Position numbers and translations under genes: made by a program
DNA from: a virus
Lineage: Duplodnaviria; Caudoviricetes
IMG/VR virus record: IMGVR_UViG_3300042448_001551
Location: 1 to 62,735 of that record
Reading direction: 5' to 3' (one strand)
DNA length: 62,735 nt
In this document: in pieces, positions 1 through 8,564 of the stretch
How positions within the stretch are numbered: position 1 is the first letter of the stretch
How the letters are laid out: every line of letters starts with the position of its first letter
Notes under the pieces: generated by a model
Told to the model about the DNA's origin: nothing
The model's input: the letters and a program-made list of their open reading frames with translations, nothing else
Database searches by the model: none

Positions 1-259
1 CTTTAATAGATTCAAACCCACCAAAAGACCAGTCACCTAGATGAATAAGTATATCATCTTCTCCAACCATTTGATTAATATTATTTACAATAACATCATT
101 CATATGATCTAAAGTTTTAAAAGGTCTTGTTTGTTCTATTGGAATTTGACCATCTTCTGTTCTCCATTCTGTCACTCCACGACAGATATTCTTATGATTA
201 TAATGAGTATCTGACGTAATAAACAATTTTTGATTAAATCCTAAGTTTATTTTCAGCAT
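1..259 (-). CDS. Calcineurin-like metallophosphoesterase, N-terminal part (runs off the window edge)
   Basis: Manual translation from ATG at 259 gives MLKINLGFNQKLFITSDTHYNHKNICRG...EDDILIHLGDWSFG, containing the DxH and GD metallophosphoesterase motifs. Not in the ORF track. Confidence 0.85.
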   Translation of the reverse strand, partial: MLKINLGFNQKLFITSDTHYNHKNICRGVTEWRTEDGQIPIEQTRPFKTLDHMNDVIVNNINQMVGEDDILIHLGDWSFGGFESIK

Positions 260-636
260 TTTTTATTTTTTTCTTTTTGTGTTTTAATATTATGACAATT
301 ACTACACAGTACTTGTAAATCTTTAGCTTCACAAAAAAGTCTCTCTACAAATCCTGGAAGATCTTGAGCACAATTTAATGAACCAGCAGGTATTATGTGG
401 TCTACGTTAATATTTTTTTCAGCAAACCAGTTTTTACACTGATTGCATTGGTATTCAAACTTTTGTCTTTTGTTTGGACCATTATATTTACGCCTAGACT
501 TTTGTTTACACTCTGTTATTGGTTTCCAATATCTTGATTTTTGTCTTAGACCACTACGAATAAAACTCCAAAAAGCAGACTCAGTCATTGTATTACTGTT
601 TCTAGTCTTTGGAGTTTTAGTTTTTCTTGCTGGCAT
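253..636 (-). CDS. HNH endonuclease-family protein
   Basis: CxxC...VDHIIP...LQVLCxxCH motif. The likely start is MPARKTK at 636, overlapping the primase stop. Confidence 0.85.
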   Translation of the reverse strand: MPARKTKTPKTRNSNTMTESAFWSFIRSGLRQKSRYWKPITECKQKSRRKYNGPNKRQKFEYQCNQCKNWFAEKNINVDHIIPAGSLNCAQDLPGFVERLFCEAKDLQVLCSNCHNIKTQKEKNKKC

Positions 637-1604
637 TAGTTTATTTTTTTGTCCAGTAAAGGTACTAACTTTAAACAAACTTCTCGTGCACCAAAATCTT
701 TTATAGAATCTGAAGGATCTTTACTCATAGGTAAAATAGTGCATTCTATTGTAGGATACATTTCTTTATACTTTTTCATAGCTTTAACTCCAGGTTCATC
801 ATTATCAAATAACATAACTATTTTTTCATATTTGTCTAAATAGTTTTGCATTACATCATCAGGAATTAAAGTGTTCTCTGAGTCTGGAGCAACTATATCC
901 ACTTTAATTTTTAGACTTTTTAAAGACATTATATCTTTTAAACTACTAGTTATTACTAAAAATCTATTATGTTTAGTTTGTTCTGAGCCTTGAATATAGT
1001 TATGAATTTTTATAAACTTTTTATCTTGAGTTTTCGGTTGATATATTTTATATAATGTTCCGTCTTTTTTAAAAAAACCATAAATATATAACCCACTGAT
1101 TGTCAACACTTTATCTTCGTCTTTTCTTAAAGTGTAATAACTTAAAGGAAAAACATTATGTTCTTCTAAAAGTCTTGATCCTATATTAAACTGAGTCCAA
1201 TAATATTGATCTTGAGTTGTCCAAATTCGTTTGCTATACGAACTCACTTTATATTTTGAATTTTGTTTAAATTCTTGAACATCATAACCTCCATTATTAT
1301 GTAAAACATAATCATTATATGTTTCAACTATTATTAAACATGCTTTATGAAAATCACATCCTCTAAGTTCTTTAATAAAATCAATATGTGTACCTCCTTT
1401 TCCAGAAGAAAAGTCTTTAAACTTATATGTTTGTGTTTTAGAATCTACATAAATACAAAGACTAGGAGTTTTTTCATTAGTAAAAAAGCTTTTTATTTTT
1501 ACATCCTGACCTGTTAATTTCTCAGGAATTCCACCAAAGAACTCAAAAACCCATGTAGCTGGGACATCTTTTACATTATGAACTAGGTTTTTTGTTTTAA
1601 ACAT
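636..1604 (-). CDS. DNA primase (TOPRIM domain)
   Basis: N-terminal EKTPSL...FKDFSSGKGG..IDF resembles the DnaG N-terminal region. C-terminal LFDNDEPG and SKDPSD are TOPRIM motifs. Confidence 0.85.
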   Translation of the reverse strand: MFKTKNLVHNVKDVPATWVFEFFGGIPEKLTGQDVKIKSFFTNEKTPSLCIYVDSKTQTYKFKDFSSGKGGTHIDFIKELRGCDFHKACLIIVETYNDYVLHNNGGYDVQEFKQNSKYKVSSYSKRIWTTQDQYYWTQFNIGSRLLEEHNVFPLSYYTLRKDEDKVLTISGLYIYGFFKKDGTLYKIYQPKTQDKKFIKIHNYIQGSEQTKHNRFLVITSSLKDIMSLKSLKIKVDIVAPDSENTLIPDDVMQNYLDKYEKIVMLFDNDEPGVKAMKKYKEMYPTIECTILPMSKDPSDSIKDFGAREVCLKLVPLLDKKIN

Positions 1605-1619
1605 GGCTTAAAATTTAAG

Positions 1620-1650
1620 AAAAAAAGAGAGAGTTTATTAGACTCTCTCT
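1620..1650 (-). terminator. Intrinsic terminator
   Basis: agagagagt/actctctct inverted repeat flanked by an A-run (a U-run on the minus strand). Confidence 0.6.
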
Positions 1651-1677
1651 TAGTTTTCTGTTGGTTTAAGGGGGATA

Positions 1678-2286
1678 TTAGATGTTAAAATCATCATTAG
1701 CTTCAAATCCTTTTACACTAGTAGTAGGTAAAGCTTTATAATGATAAACATTATTTTTATCAAACTTATCTAATTTGTTTTCATCAGTAGAAGCAAATTT
1801 ATACTTTGGTAAAGATAATTTTACAATTGTTTTACCATTATACTCTTCTTCTGTTCCTTTTAAGAAGAAATACAAATCATGACCTTTTAAAACACTAGCT
1901 GCTTGTTTTACCCAATCTTCTATACTAGAAGCGGATATAGCATCTATTTCTTGTCTTAATCCTAGTTCAATAGCAATTTGAGCAAGCTTACTCATAATCT
2001 CATTTTTAGATGGATTGGGATCATTAAACTGATCTGTGTAAGAAGTTGCTGTAACTCTTGCTGATTGTCCTAAGAATTTAGGTCCATTAAGCTCATCTTT
2101 ATTAACAGCCCAACCTTCAAAGTCTGTAAGAGGTGTACCCTCTAACGTTAATTCTAAAACTTTTTTGTCTCCTTTACTAGAAGTTCTAACGTTTGCAGAG
2201 TAAATATGTGCTAATACTATTCCTGCCTGGAATGATTTTGAAACACCACTACTTGTTTTTACTTCTTGTCCTTTTGTACTAAACAT
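1678..2286 (-). CDS. Putative single-stranded DNA-binding protein
   Basis: Lies between the AAA ATPase and primase and ends in an acidic-aromatic tail (EANDDFNI). The call is inferred from context. Confidence 0.5.
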   Translation of the reverse strand: MFSTKGQEVKTSSGVSKSFQAGIVLAHIYSANVRTSSKGDKKVLELTLEGTPLTDFEGWAVNKDELNGPKFLGQSARVTATSYTDQFNDPNPSKNEIMSKLAQIAIELGLRQEIDAISASSIEDWVKQAASVLKGHDLYFFLKGTEEEYNGKTIVKLSLPKYKFASTDENKLDKFDKNNVYHYKALPTTSVKGFEANDDFNI

Positions 2287-2312
2287 ACTGTTGATTTTAA
2301 TTATTAAACATT

Positions 2313-2996
2313 TTAATTTTCATAGTCTATAATAGCTTGTCTAACTAAAGCCAGATTATTAGGAATCTCAAAAAACTCAAACATATCTTTAGGAGATTTA
2401 CAAGTGTTTTCTCCATTAGTTTGAGTCTCAAAAATATACCTTAAATTACCTTCTTTGTCTTTTTTAACCTTACCATATAAAACAATACTGAATAATCCTT
2501 CCAAAGTTAAAGAATTATCCACCATTTTACCAAGAGTTTTTGCTTTAACTCTACGTTTTCCTTCCATATCCAAAGATTCTTCTGCATGCATTAGGAAGTA
2601 AACCTGTAAATCTTGTCTTAAATCTTTAGGTAATCTAGCAATTTTAGCTAAATTAGCTGCAATTGAGACAAATTTATCATAGCCTTTTTCTGTGGCTCTT
2701 TCAAAATACTCAAAAGATGACATATACTGCATATCATCAACTACAATAGTTTTTATTTCTGGCCTTTTTTCACTAATATACCTTAAACAAGCTTCAATTT
2801 TAGCTGGTTCAGCACTATTGTAAAGATTTCCTGATGTATTTTCTTTACTCCAGGGAGTATACATTTTTTTCCAACCTTTAAATGGTAAAGGTTTATTAGC
2901 TACATTAATAATAAATGTTTCTTGTGGATTTAAAGACTCTATACTGGTTGATTTTCCTGAACCAGATTCAGCTACAACTAATACGCTGGTTGCCAT
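2313..2996 (-). CDS. AAA_24/Sak4-like ATPase (phage recombination or replication)
   Basis: Walker A AESGSGKST, Walker B IVVDD, and KAKTLGKMVD..TLEGLFSIVL typical of this phage family. Confidence 0.8.
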   Translation of the reverse strand: MATSVLVVAESGSGKSTSIESLNPQETFIINVANKPLPFKGWKKMYTPWSKENTSGNLYNSAEPAKIEACLRYISEKRPEIKTIVVDDMQYMSSFEYFERATEKGYDKFVSIAANLAKIARLPKDLRQDLQVYFLMHAEESLDMEGKRRVKAKTLGKMVDNSLTLEGLFSIVLYGKVKKDKEGNLRYIFETQTNGENTCKSPKDMFEFFEIPNNLALVRQAIIDYEN

Positions 2997-3006
2997 AAGT
3001 GTTTAT

Positions 3007-3450
3007 TTATTGGGATTTATATTTAAAATCTAAATTGTCTCTATTCATGAACTTTTTTAGAAGAGCAATATTATTTAGTCTACACCATATAGTTTTATAT
3101 GATATATTTAATAATAATGAAGCTGTATGTATATCTTTAAACTCAGCTACTTTTTCATTTTTTAAATTAAAAACTTCAAAAGGCTTGTCTTGTACTCCAT
3201 GTTTATAAGTACAAAAAGGACAATTTTTAACTTTTTCTAACTCCATCAGCTTGTTACGCCCTATCCTATGATTAGCTATAAAAGTATTAACTGGAGTTTT
3301 AAAATAACCTGAATCATCTCTAAATAAAGGTCTTTTACCAATATCATTTTTATAGTATTTAGCTCTTACTTCTTGTATACTATCATACTCACATAAATAC
3401 TTTCCTTTTTCTGAGTATTCATAACATTTTACTTTTTCTCTACCTGCCAT
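3007..3450 (-). CDS. NUMOD1-like DNA-binding repeat protein
   Basis: Two NUMOD1-like segments (KVKCYEYSEKGKYLCEYDSIQE and FEVFNLKNEKVAEFKDIHTASLLL). Confidence 0.5.
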   Translation of the reverse strand: MAGREKVKCYEYSEKGKYLCEYDSIQEVRAKYYKNDIGKRPLFRDDSGYFKTPVNTFIANHRIGRNKLMELEKVKNCPFCTYKHGVQDKPFEVFNLKNEKVAEFKDIHTASLLLNISYKTIWCRLNNIALLKKFMNRDNLDFKYKSQ

Positions 3451-3452
3451 TT

Positions 3453-4046
3453 TTATCTTGTGTTTTTAATTAAATCATTTAACCAAGGTTTTTTACTCAC
3501 TGCTACATTTTTGGTAATAGCATAGTAGTCTCTAATAGTCATCTCACTATAAGGAGCATCTTCTATTGGAGCTGGAGCTTTTTGTGTAGCCGTAGGTTGT
3601 TTTATACCAATAGGTTTATCAACTACAGCTGAAGGACCACTAATAGCTACAGATGTATGATTTACAATTCTAAGTTCTTCAAAAGGAACTAAAAATGATC
3701 CTTTTTCATTTAAAGGATATTCTTCAGAAAAATTAGCATTTTTAGGACATTTGTAAACAGTTCTATTTTCATCTATTGGGTTTAAATAACGGTCTACTAA
3801 TTCAAAGTAGAAACCATCTTTTTTAAACTCTGAGGCAAAAATACCCACTACATTGTTCCCATTTTCATCTTTGAAAACCATTTTCATGTTAAAATCAAGG
3901 ATAGAAATACCAAGATCATTAATAAGATCCATGTTATCTTCTCTGATTTCATCTAGTTTTCTTTTTTTCCAAGCTTTATGCTCTTCATCTGACATTTTAG
4001 AAACTTCTAAAGCTGTTGTTGGTTTTCTGATTTTTTTGATTGCCAT
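3453..4046 (-). CDS. Hypothetical protein (replication block)
   Basis: 197-aa ORF, co-oriented and tightly packed; C-terminal MTIRDYYAI motif. Confidence 0.7.
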   Translation of the reverse strand: MAIKKIRKPTTALEVSKMSDEEHKAWKKRKLDEIREDNMDLINDLGISILDFNMKMVFKDENGNNVVGIFASEFKKDGFYFELVDRYLNPIDENRTVYKCPKNANFSEEYPLNEKGSFLVPFEELRIVNHTSVAISGPSAVVDKPIGIKQPTATQKAPAPIEDAPYSEMTIRDYYAITKNVAVSKKPWLNDLIKNTR

Positions 4047-4061
4047 AATGTGTGTTTTGTG

Positions 4062-5093
4062 TTATATAATATTTGGTTGTTGAGACGGTAATTGTAAACC
4101 ACCACTACCTTTTTTAGACGGTGGAGGACCCACTTCAGCCATTCTTTGTCTTCTACCATCCATCTTTAAAAAGATTATGTTTTCATCACTATCACTACCA
4201 TTTCTGATCTTAATAAGATGCATAAAAACATCCTCTGGACCACATACATATTGCTTAGGTCCATAAAATGGAATATTTGCTTTAAAGGGTCTATTTAAAA
4301 CACCTATCATATCAGAACCTTGCATTAATGCATCACCACCAAATATATCTGCGGATGTAGGATAGTTACCTATCTTTCCAGGTTCTTTCCTAGAAGATTC
4401 ATCTATGCTTCTATTTAGCTGTGTAATCATTAAAACAATAATAGGAATTTTGTTTTTGAGCTGCATAATCATTTCAGTGGTATTATAAAGAGTTTGGAGC
4501 TTTTCTTTCTCATCATTTCTCTTTTTAATTAACCAACTATGATCTATAGTTACAATCATTGGTTTAGCACCCCATTCTACATAAGCATCTAGAATGGCTT
4601 TTTCCATTTCTGTAGAAGTTATAGATTTAGAAATCAGTTCTCTCTTTAAACCAACTTTTTCCATAGCTTCACAATCAGCTATGTAATCTTTAAGTTGTTT
4701 AAGAACAAATCCATCTAACTCTTTTTTAGTACTTAGCATTTCACCATAGTCCATAGCCATATGACCAGCAAACTGTCTAGCAGCATACTGTTCATCTCCC
4801 ATTTCAAATTGAAATTCTAAAATATTAAAAGCTTGTTTAGGATTGATAACTCTAGCTTCTCTTAAAATTTGACTAACAATCATGGTTTTTCCTGCTCCAG
4901 GTCTAGCTCCTAATGTAAGCATAGAACCCCATTCTAAACCATCTACTCCTGCTTCATTAAAAGAAGCCCAAGGTGTTCTTAAAGATTGAATAATACCTTG
5001 TCTACGTTTATCTATGTAAGTGTAACCTTTTTTTAAGACCTCTGAGAAAGGTCTACGACCAAATTTGTCATCATTTATTTCTTCTGCTGCCAT
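4062..5093 (-). CDS. dnaB: DnaB-like replicative helicase
   Basis: GARPGAGKT Walker A, FEMG, IDH, TQLNR and a D..G..ALMQ.SD motif. The likely start is MAAEE at 5093. Confidence 0.9.
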   Translation of the reverse strand: MAAEEINDDKFGRRPFSEVLKKGYTYIDKRRQGIIQSLRTPWASFNEAGVDGLEWGSMLTLGARPGAGKTMIVSQILREARVINPKQAFNILEFQFEMGDEQYAARQFAGHMAMDYGEMLSTKKELDGFVLKQLKDYIADCEAMEKVGLKRELISKSITSTEMEKAILDAYVEWGAKPMIVTIDHSWLIKKRNDEKEKLQTLYNTTEMIMQLKNKIPIIVLMITQLNRSIDESSRKEPGKIGNYPTSADIFGGDALMQGSDMIGVLNRPFKANIPFYGPKQYVCGPEDVFMHLIKIRNGSDSDENIIFLKMDGRRQRMAEVGPPPSKKGSGGLQLPSQQPNII

Positions 5094-5136
5094 ATTGTGT
5101 TTTTGTGGTTTGTGAATCAAAGATACACATAATTTA

Positions 5137-5718
5137 TTAGATATTGTCTAAATTATCTGCATTATCTATTAAAAGTTGACAATAATCAGCCAAAAGAGAT
5201 TTTACAGTTTTGCTTTTAATATCTGTCTTTTGTATAAAATAACTACTTGTAGACATAAACTTAAAATCATCCTCTGTTTTCTTATAAACATAATAATAAG
5301 CAGCATCTATCACTTGTGTCCAGCTATACTCTGGATAGGTTTTAAAGAACCATATAAACTTGTCTTTTAATTCTTGTACAGACTGTCTAGCAAGTTCTCC
5401 TGAAGGAAGTCTTGTTGCTGGAAATAACTCCCTATATTTTTTAATATAGTCTAAAAAGTCACTACCTAGCACATCACTTGCCACTTTTTTCTTAGTCTTA
5501 ACAAGAAGAGTCTCAAAATCTTCTAATAAAACCAATGCTTTAGATGTTAAAGTTCCTGTAAGAGGATCTATAAATCCTTTAGCTTGACAAATATTAAACT
5601 CAGCATCTTCATTTATAATAAGACCTGGTTTTGTTTTTCTTCTACAACAATCTAATAAATAGAGTTGATTAGGACTGATATTGTGCTTCAACAACGTTGT
5701 CCAGAGCTGGTGTCCCAT
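5137..5718 (-). CDS. Hypothetical protein, possible replication initiator or helicase loader
   Basis: Directly upstream of DnaB, with a wHTH-like N-terminus and a YRELFP...FFKTYP C-terminal region. Function is inferred. Confidence 0.45.
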   Translation of the reverse strand: MGHQLWTTLLKHNISPNQLYLLDCCRRKTKPGLIINEDAEFNICQAKGFIDPLTGTLTSKALVLLEDFETLLVKTKKKVASDVLGSDFLDYIKKYRELFPATRLPSGELARQSVQELKDKFIWFFKTYPEYSWTQVIDAAYYYVYKKTEDDFKFMSTSSYFIQKTDIKSKTVKSLLADYCQLLIDNADNLDNI

Positions 5719-6154
5719 TATAATTTTCTTTAATATTTTGTAAAATAATGTTATATTTTTCTTTAAATGCTGAGTCCACTTCTACTAATGCTTTAAAATT
5801 ATTAATACAATGGATAATGGTTGTATGGTCTCTGTTTAAATAAGCACCTATATTAGTTAATGTATACCCCATACTTTTTGCTAAAAAACAAAAAATATTT
5901 CTAAGATCTACAATAGATCTATCTCTATGCTTACTCTCTAATTTTAATACTTTTTTGTGTGAAAACTTAATTGGTAAGTAAGGAGTAAAAACATCTGATA
6001 ATTCTTTTAATCCAATACATGGAAGAACATTTTTATCCTCTATTTGACGTTTTGTTATAACTATTGGGTAATAACCTAACTTTTTTTCAAATTTTTCTTT
6101 AAACTCAGCAACCAGTTTTTCTTCTAGATTACGAGCATATTCTGCTGCAGTCAT
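5669..6154 (-). CDS. Protein with DnaA C-terminal (domain IV) helix-turn-helix
   Basis: R.R.IVDLRNIFCFLA...TLTNIGAYLNRDHTTIIH matches the DnaA domain IV signature (RDHTTV.H). Confidence 0.85.
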   Translation of the reverse strand: MTAAEYARNLEEKLVAEFKEKFEKKLGYYPIVITKRQIEDKNVLPCIGLKELSDVFTPYLPIKFSHKKVLKLESKHRDRSIVDLRNIFCFLAKSMGYTLTNIGAYLNRDHTTIIHCINNFKALVEVDSAFKEKYNIILQNIKENYNGTPALDNVVEAQYQS

Positions 6155-6174
6155 AAATTTTATAGTTTATTGTG

Positions 6175-6182
6175 CAAATATA
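6175..6182 (-). promoter_or_regulatory. Bacteroidota-type -7 promoter element (TATATTTG) for the replication operon
   Basis: caaatata at 6175-6182 reads as TAnnTTTG on the minus strand, about 20 nt upstream of the ATG at 6154. Confidence 0.6.
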
Positions 6183-6269
6183 AGGTTTATGTTAAAAAAT
6201 TTTGTATATTATATTGTAGCTTGTTTTAAACTTCTACATAACATAAGTTTATTTATAAATTTTAAGATT

Positions 6270-6521
6270 ATGGCTAAAAAATTTTATGCCCAAAAAGATT
6301 TTCTAGGATTTCCCATCCCAGGAACTATGATGTCTAACGTAACAGTGCCTGCATCAAGTGTAGAGATTCCTACAACCACTGCATCTGTTTACAAAGAACA
6401 TCCGCACAAACTTAGATATTTTGTTCGTTTAGACAAAAAAGGTAACATTCTTCCTAACTCATTAATAATCAGTCTAAAAAAGCCCACTGGTTTAGTTTTA
6501 GAATTTCGTCTTCCTGTGTAA
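6270..6521 (+). CDS. Hypothetical protein (first gene of the inverted lysis cassette)
   Basis: Likely start MAKKFYAQKD at 6270. Confidence 0.65.
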   Translation: MAKKFYAQKDFLGFPIPGTMMSNVTVPASSVEIPTTTASVYKEHPHKLRYFVRLDKKGNILPNSLIISLKKPTGLVLEFRLPV

Positions 6522-6543
6522 TAAACAATAAATACTTCTAAAA

Positions 6544-6858
6544 ATGAGTGTTTCAGCTGCTGATAAAATAAAAATATGGTTATTTCCTACAGTGATGAGT
6601 CTTTTAGCTGCTCTTATTTGGCATGATGTCAATGAAATAAGAACTGATGTAAAAGCTTTAATGGCTCAAAGTAGTGTAGATAAAACTAGAATAGACAATT
6701 TAGAAAGAATTGTTTATAATAATAAATCTACAGGCTTTTTAGACGCAAAAACGCCACCCAGTAAAGAAAAACCATTTAAAGATATGTGTTTTGAGTTTAT
6801 TCTTATAAGACCAGAAGATTTAAACAAAGTAAAAAAAATTAAAACAAATTTAGTATGA
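6544..6858 (+). CDS. Membrane protein, holin/antiholin-like
   Basis: N-terminal TM segment followed by a coiled coil, within the lysis cassette. Confidence 0.5.
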   Translation: MSVSAADKIKIWLFPTVMSLLAALIWHDVNEIRTDVKALMAQSSVDKTRIDNLERIVYNNKSTGFLDAKTPPSKEKPFKDMCFEFILIRPEDLNKVKKIKTNLV

Positions 6859-7127
6859 ATATAATGACTTTTAAACAATGGATAATAGACCTTTTTAAAG
6901 ATGAAAGAGGGTCCACTTCTGTAAAACCAGTAGTTGCTTTATTATTAAGTCTTTGTTTAGGTGGTACATTAATAGCTAATAGCTTTAGTCATGGAGATAT
7001 TAAACCTGCAGATAGTCTAGTAAATGCTGTTATAGTTGTTATTGTAGTGGCCATTGGTGGTGACACAGCTGACAAATACACAACTCTTAAAAAACAAATA
7101 AAAGATACAAATGAAAGTAATAGCTAA
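6855..7127 (+). CDS. Putative holin
   Basis: Two TM segments and a basic C-terminus, upstream of the endolysin. Confidence 0.6.
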   Translation: MNIMTFKQWIIDLFKDERGSTSVKPVVALLLSLCLGGTLIANSFSHGDIKPADSLVNAVIVVIVVAIGGDTADKYTTLKKQIKDTNESNS

Positions 7128-7719
7128 TATATTAATAGTTTTTAGTTTTTTCTTCTTAGGACTTTTAATGAGAACAGGTTGTAATCCTAATAAAAAACAA
7201 CTTCCACAAAAACCAGACACTGTAAAAATTACAGACACCCTTAGAGTGCCTTTTGATACAAGTTTTGGTAAGAAAGTCTTTATTAAAAAGACTATCCATG
7301 ATACTATTCCTCCTCAATATTTAGCTGATACTTCCTACCCAAAACTTAAAGCTCAATATGATACACTTCTTAAACAATTTTTTGCTAAAAATATACAAGA
7401 AGACACTTTACCAATTGGAACTATTGGAGCTATTTCAATTCAAGATACGGTTCAGTATAATAAAATACAAAAACGAAATTATAAAGTTAGTTATGAAGTT
7501 CAAACTATAACTAATACAGTTACTATTACTAAACCAGCACCTCTTACTAATGCATTTTTTGTTGGTGGTGGTATAATTGGTAACAAAAAAGAACTACAAT
7601 TGTTACAAGGAGGTTTTTTATACAAGACAAAAAAAGATAAAATGCTTGGTACAATTCTTTCTCTTAATCCTTCTGGTCAATTGTCTTATGGTGTACAATT
7701 TTACTATAAATTAAAATAA
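7111..7719 (+). CDS. Putative spanin-like or membrane-anchored lysis protein
   Basis: N-terminal TM or lipoprotein-like segment (..RTGC), DT-rich stalk and a beta-rich C-terminus ending YGVQFYYKLK. Confidence 0.5.
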   Translation: MKVIANILIVFSFFFLGLLMRTGCNPNKKQLPQKPDTVKITDTLRVPFDTSFGKKVFIKKTIHDTIPPQYLADTSYPKLKAQYDTLLKQFFAKNIQEDTLPIGTIGAISIQDTVQYNKIQKRNYKVSYEVQTITNTVTITKPAPLTNAFFVGGGIIGNKKELQLLQGGFLYKTKKDKMLGTILSLNPSGQLSYGVQFYYKLK

Positions 7720-7725
7720 TAAACT

Positions 7726-7926
7726 ATGGATCCTAAACTTTTAAATTTTGTTGGTGCTTTATTAGTAATGCTGATCGGCTTCACTATGTTTTTCATGTTA
7801 ATGTTTAACGAAATGCCCCAGTCTAATAGAGAACTTTTAATAGCATTTGTTTCAGCTCTTTTTGGAGCTGTAAGTGCCTCTCTTAAAAAAATCACTGGTG
7901 ATGGTGAAGAAACTAAAAATCCTTAA
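7726..7926 (+). CDS. Small two-TM membrane protein (holin-like)
   Basis: Two hydrophobic helices, immediately before the endolysin. Confidence 0.55.
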   Translation: MDPKLLNFVGALLVMLIGFTMFFMLMFNEMPQSNRELLIAFVSALFGAVSASLKKITGDGEETKNP

Positions 7927-7931
7927 TACTT

Positions 7932-8402
7932 ATGAAACTATCTGAACATTTAGACTTAGCTGAAGTTACTAGGAGTGACTCTGCTAAAAGAAATGGTATT
8001 CCTAACATGCCAACCCCTGAACACATTGAAAACTTTAAACTTCTTGCAGAAAAAGTATTTGAACCAATTAGAAAACATTTTGGTGTTCCTATTAATATTA
8101 GTTCTGGTTATAGAAGTAAAGAACTCAATGCTAAAATTGGTGGTAGTGCAACATCACAACATAGCTCTGGTGAAGCTATTGACATTGATATGGATGGGTC
8201 TGCTAATGGTGTCACTAACAGGATGGTTTTTGATTACATTAAAGACAATCTTGTATTTGACCAACTTATCTTTGAATTTGGTACTAAAGAAGCTCCAGAT
8301 TGGGTTCACGTTTCTTATGAATCAACTGGTAAACAAAGAAAGCAAATTTTAAGAGCTGTTAAAACAGGTGGAAAAACTTCTTACGAACCATATAAAGCTT
8401 AA
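7932..8402 (+). CDS. Endolysin, peptidase M15 family
   Basis: SSGYRS..LN..IGG...SQH..GEAIDI...WVHVS zinc-peptidase motifs. Confidence 0.9.
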   Translation: MKLSEHLDLAEVTRSDSAKRNGIPNMPTPEHIENFKLLAEKVFEPIRKHFGVPINISSGYRSKELNAKIGGSATSQHSSGEAIDIDMDGSANGVTNRMVFDYIKDNLVFDQLIFEFGTKEAPDWVHVSYESTGKQRKQILRAVKTGGKTSYEPYKA

Positions 8403-8405
8403 CAA

Positions 8406-8525
8406 ATGGCAAAAGTTACTAATGCAAACAAAGTATCCTTTGGTAAAAGGAAAGGTGGCAAAGCTGCTAAATCTAAAGGACCAAAAGATAAAAACATATC
8501 AAAGTATAGAGGTCAAGGTAAATAA
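8406..8525 (+). CDS. Small Lys/Gly-rich basic protein (39 aa)
   Basis: Manual translation MAKVTNANKVSFGKRKGGKAAKSKGPKDKNISKYRGQGK, followed by a terminator. Confidence 0.7.
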   Translation: MAKVTNANKVSFGKRKGGKAAKSKGPKDKNISKYRGQGK

Positions 8526-8528
8526 AAG

Positions 8529-8560
8529 AAAGCCAGTGTAAAGAAAACACTGGCTTTTTT
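8529..8560. terminator. Bidirectional intrinsic terminator
   Basis: aaagccagtgt/acactggcttt inverted repeat between convergent genes, with a T-run on the right and an A-rich run on the left. Confidence 0.8.
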
Positions 8561-8564
8561 GTTT

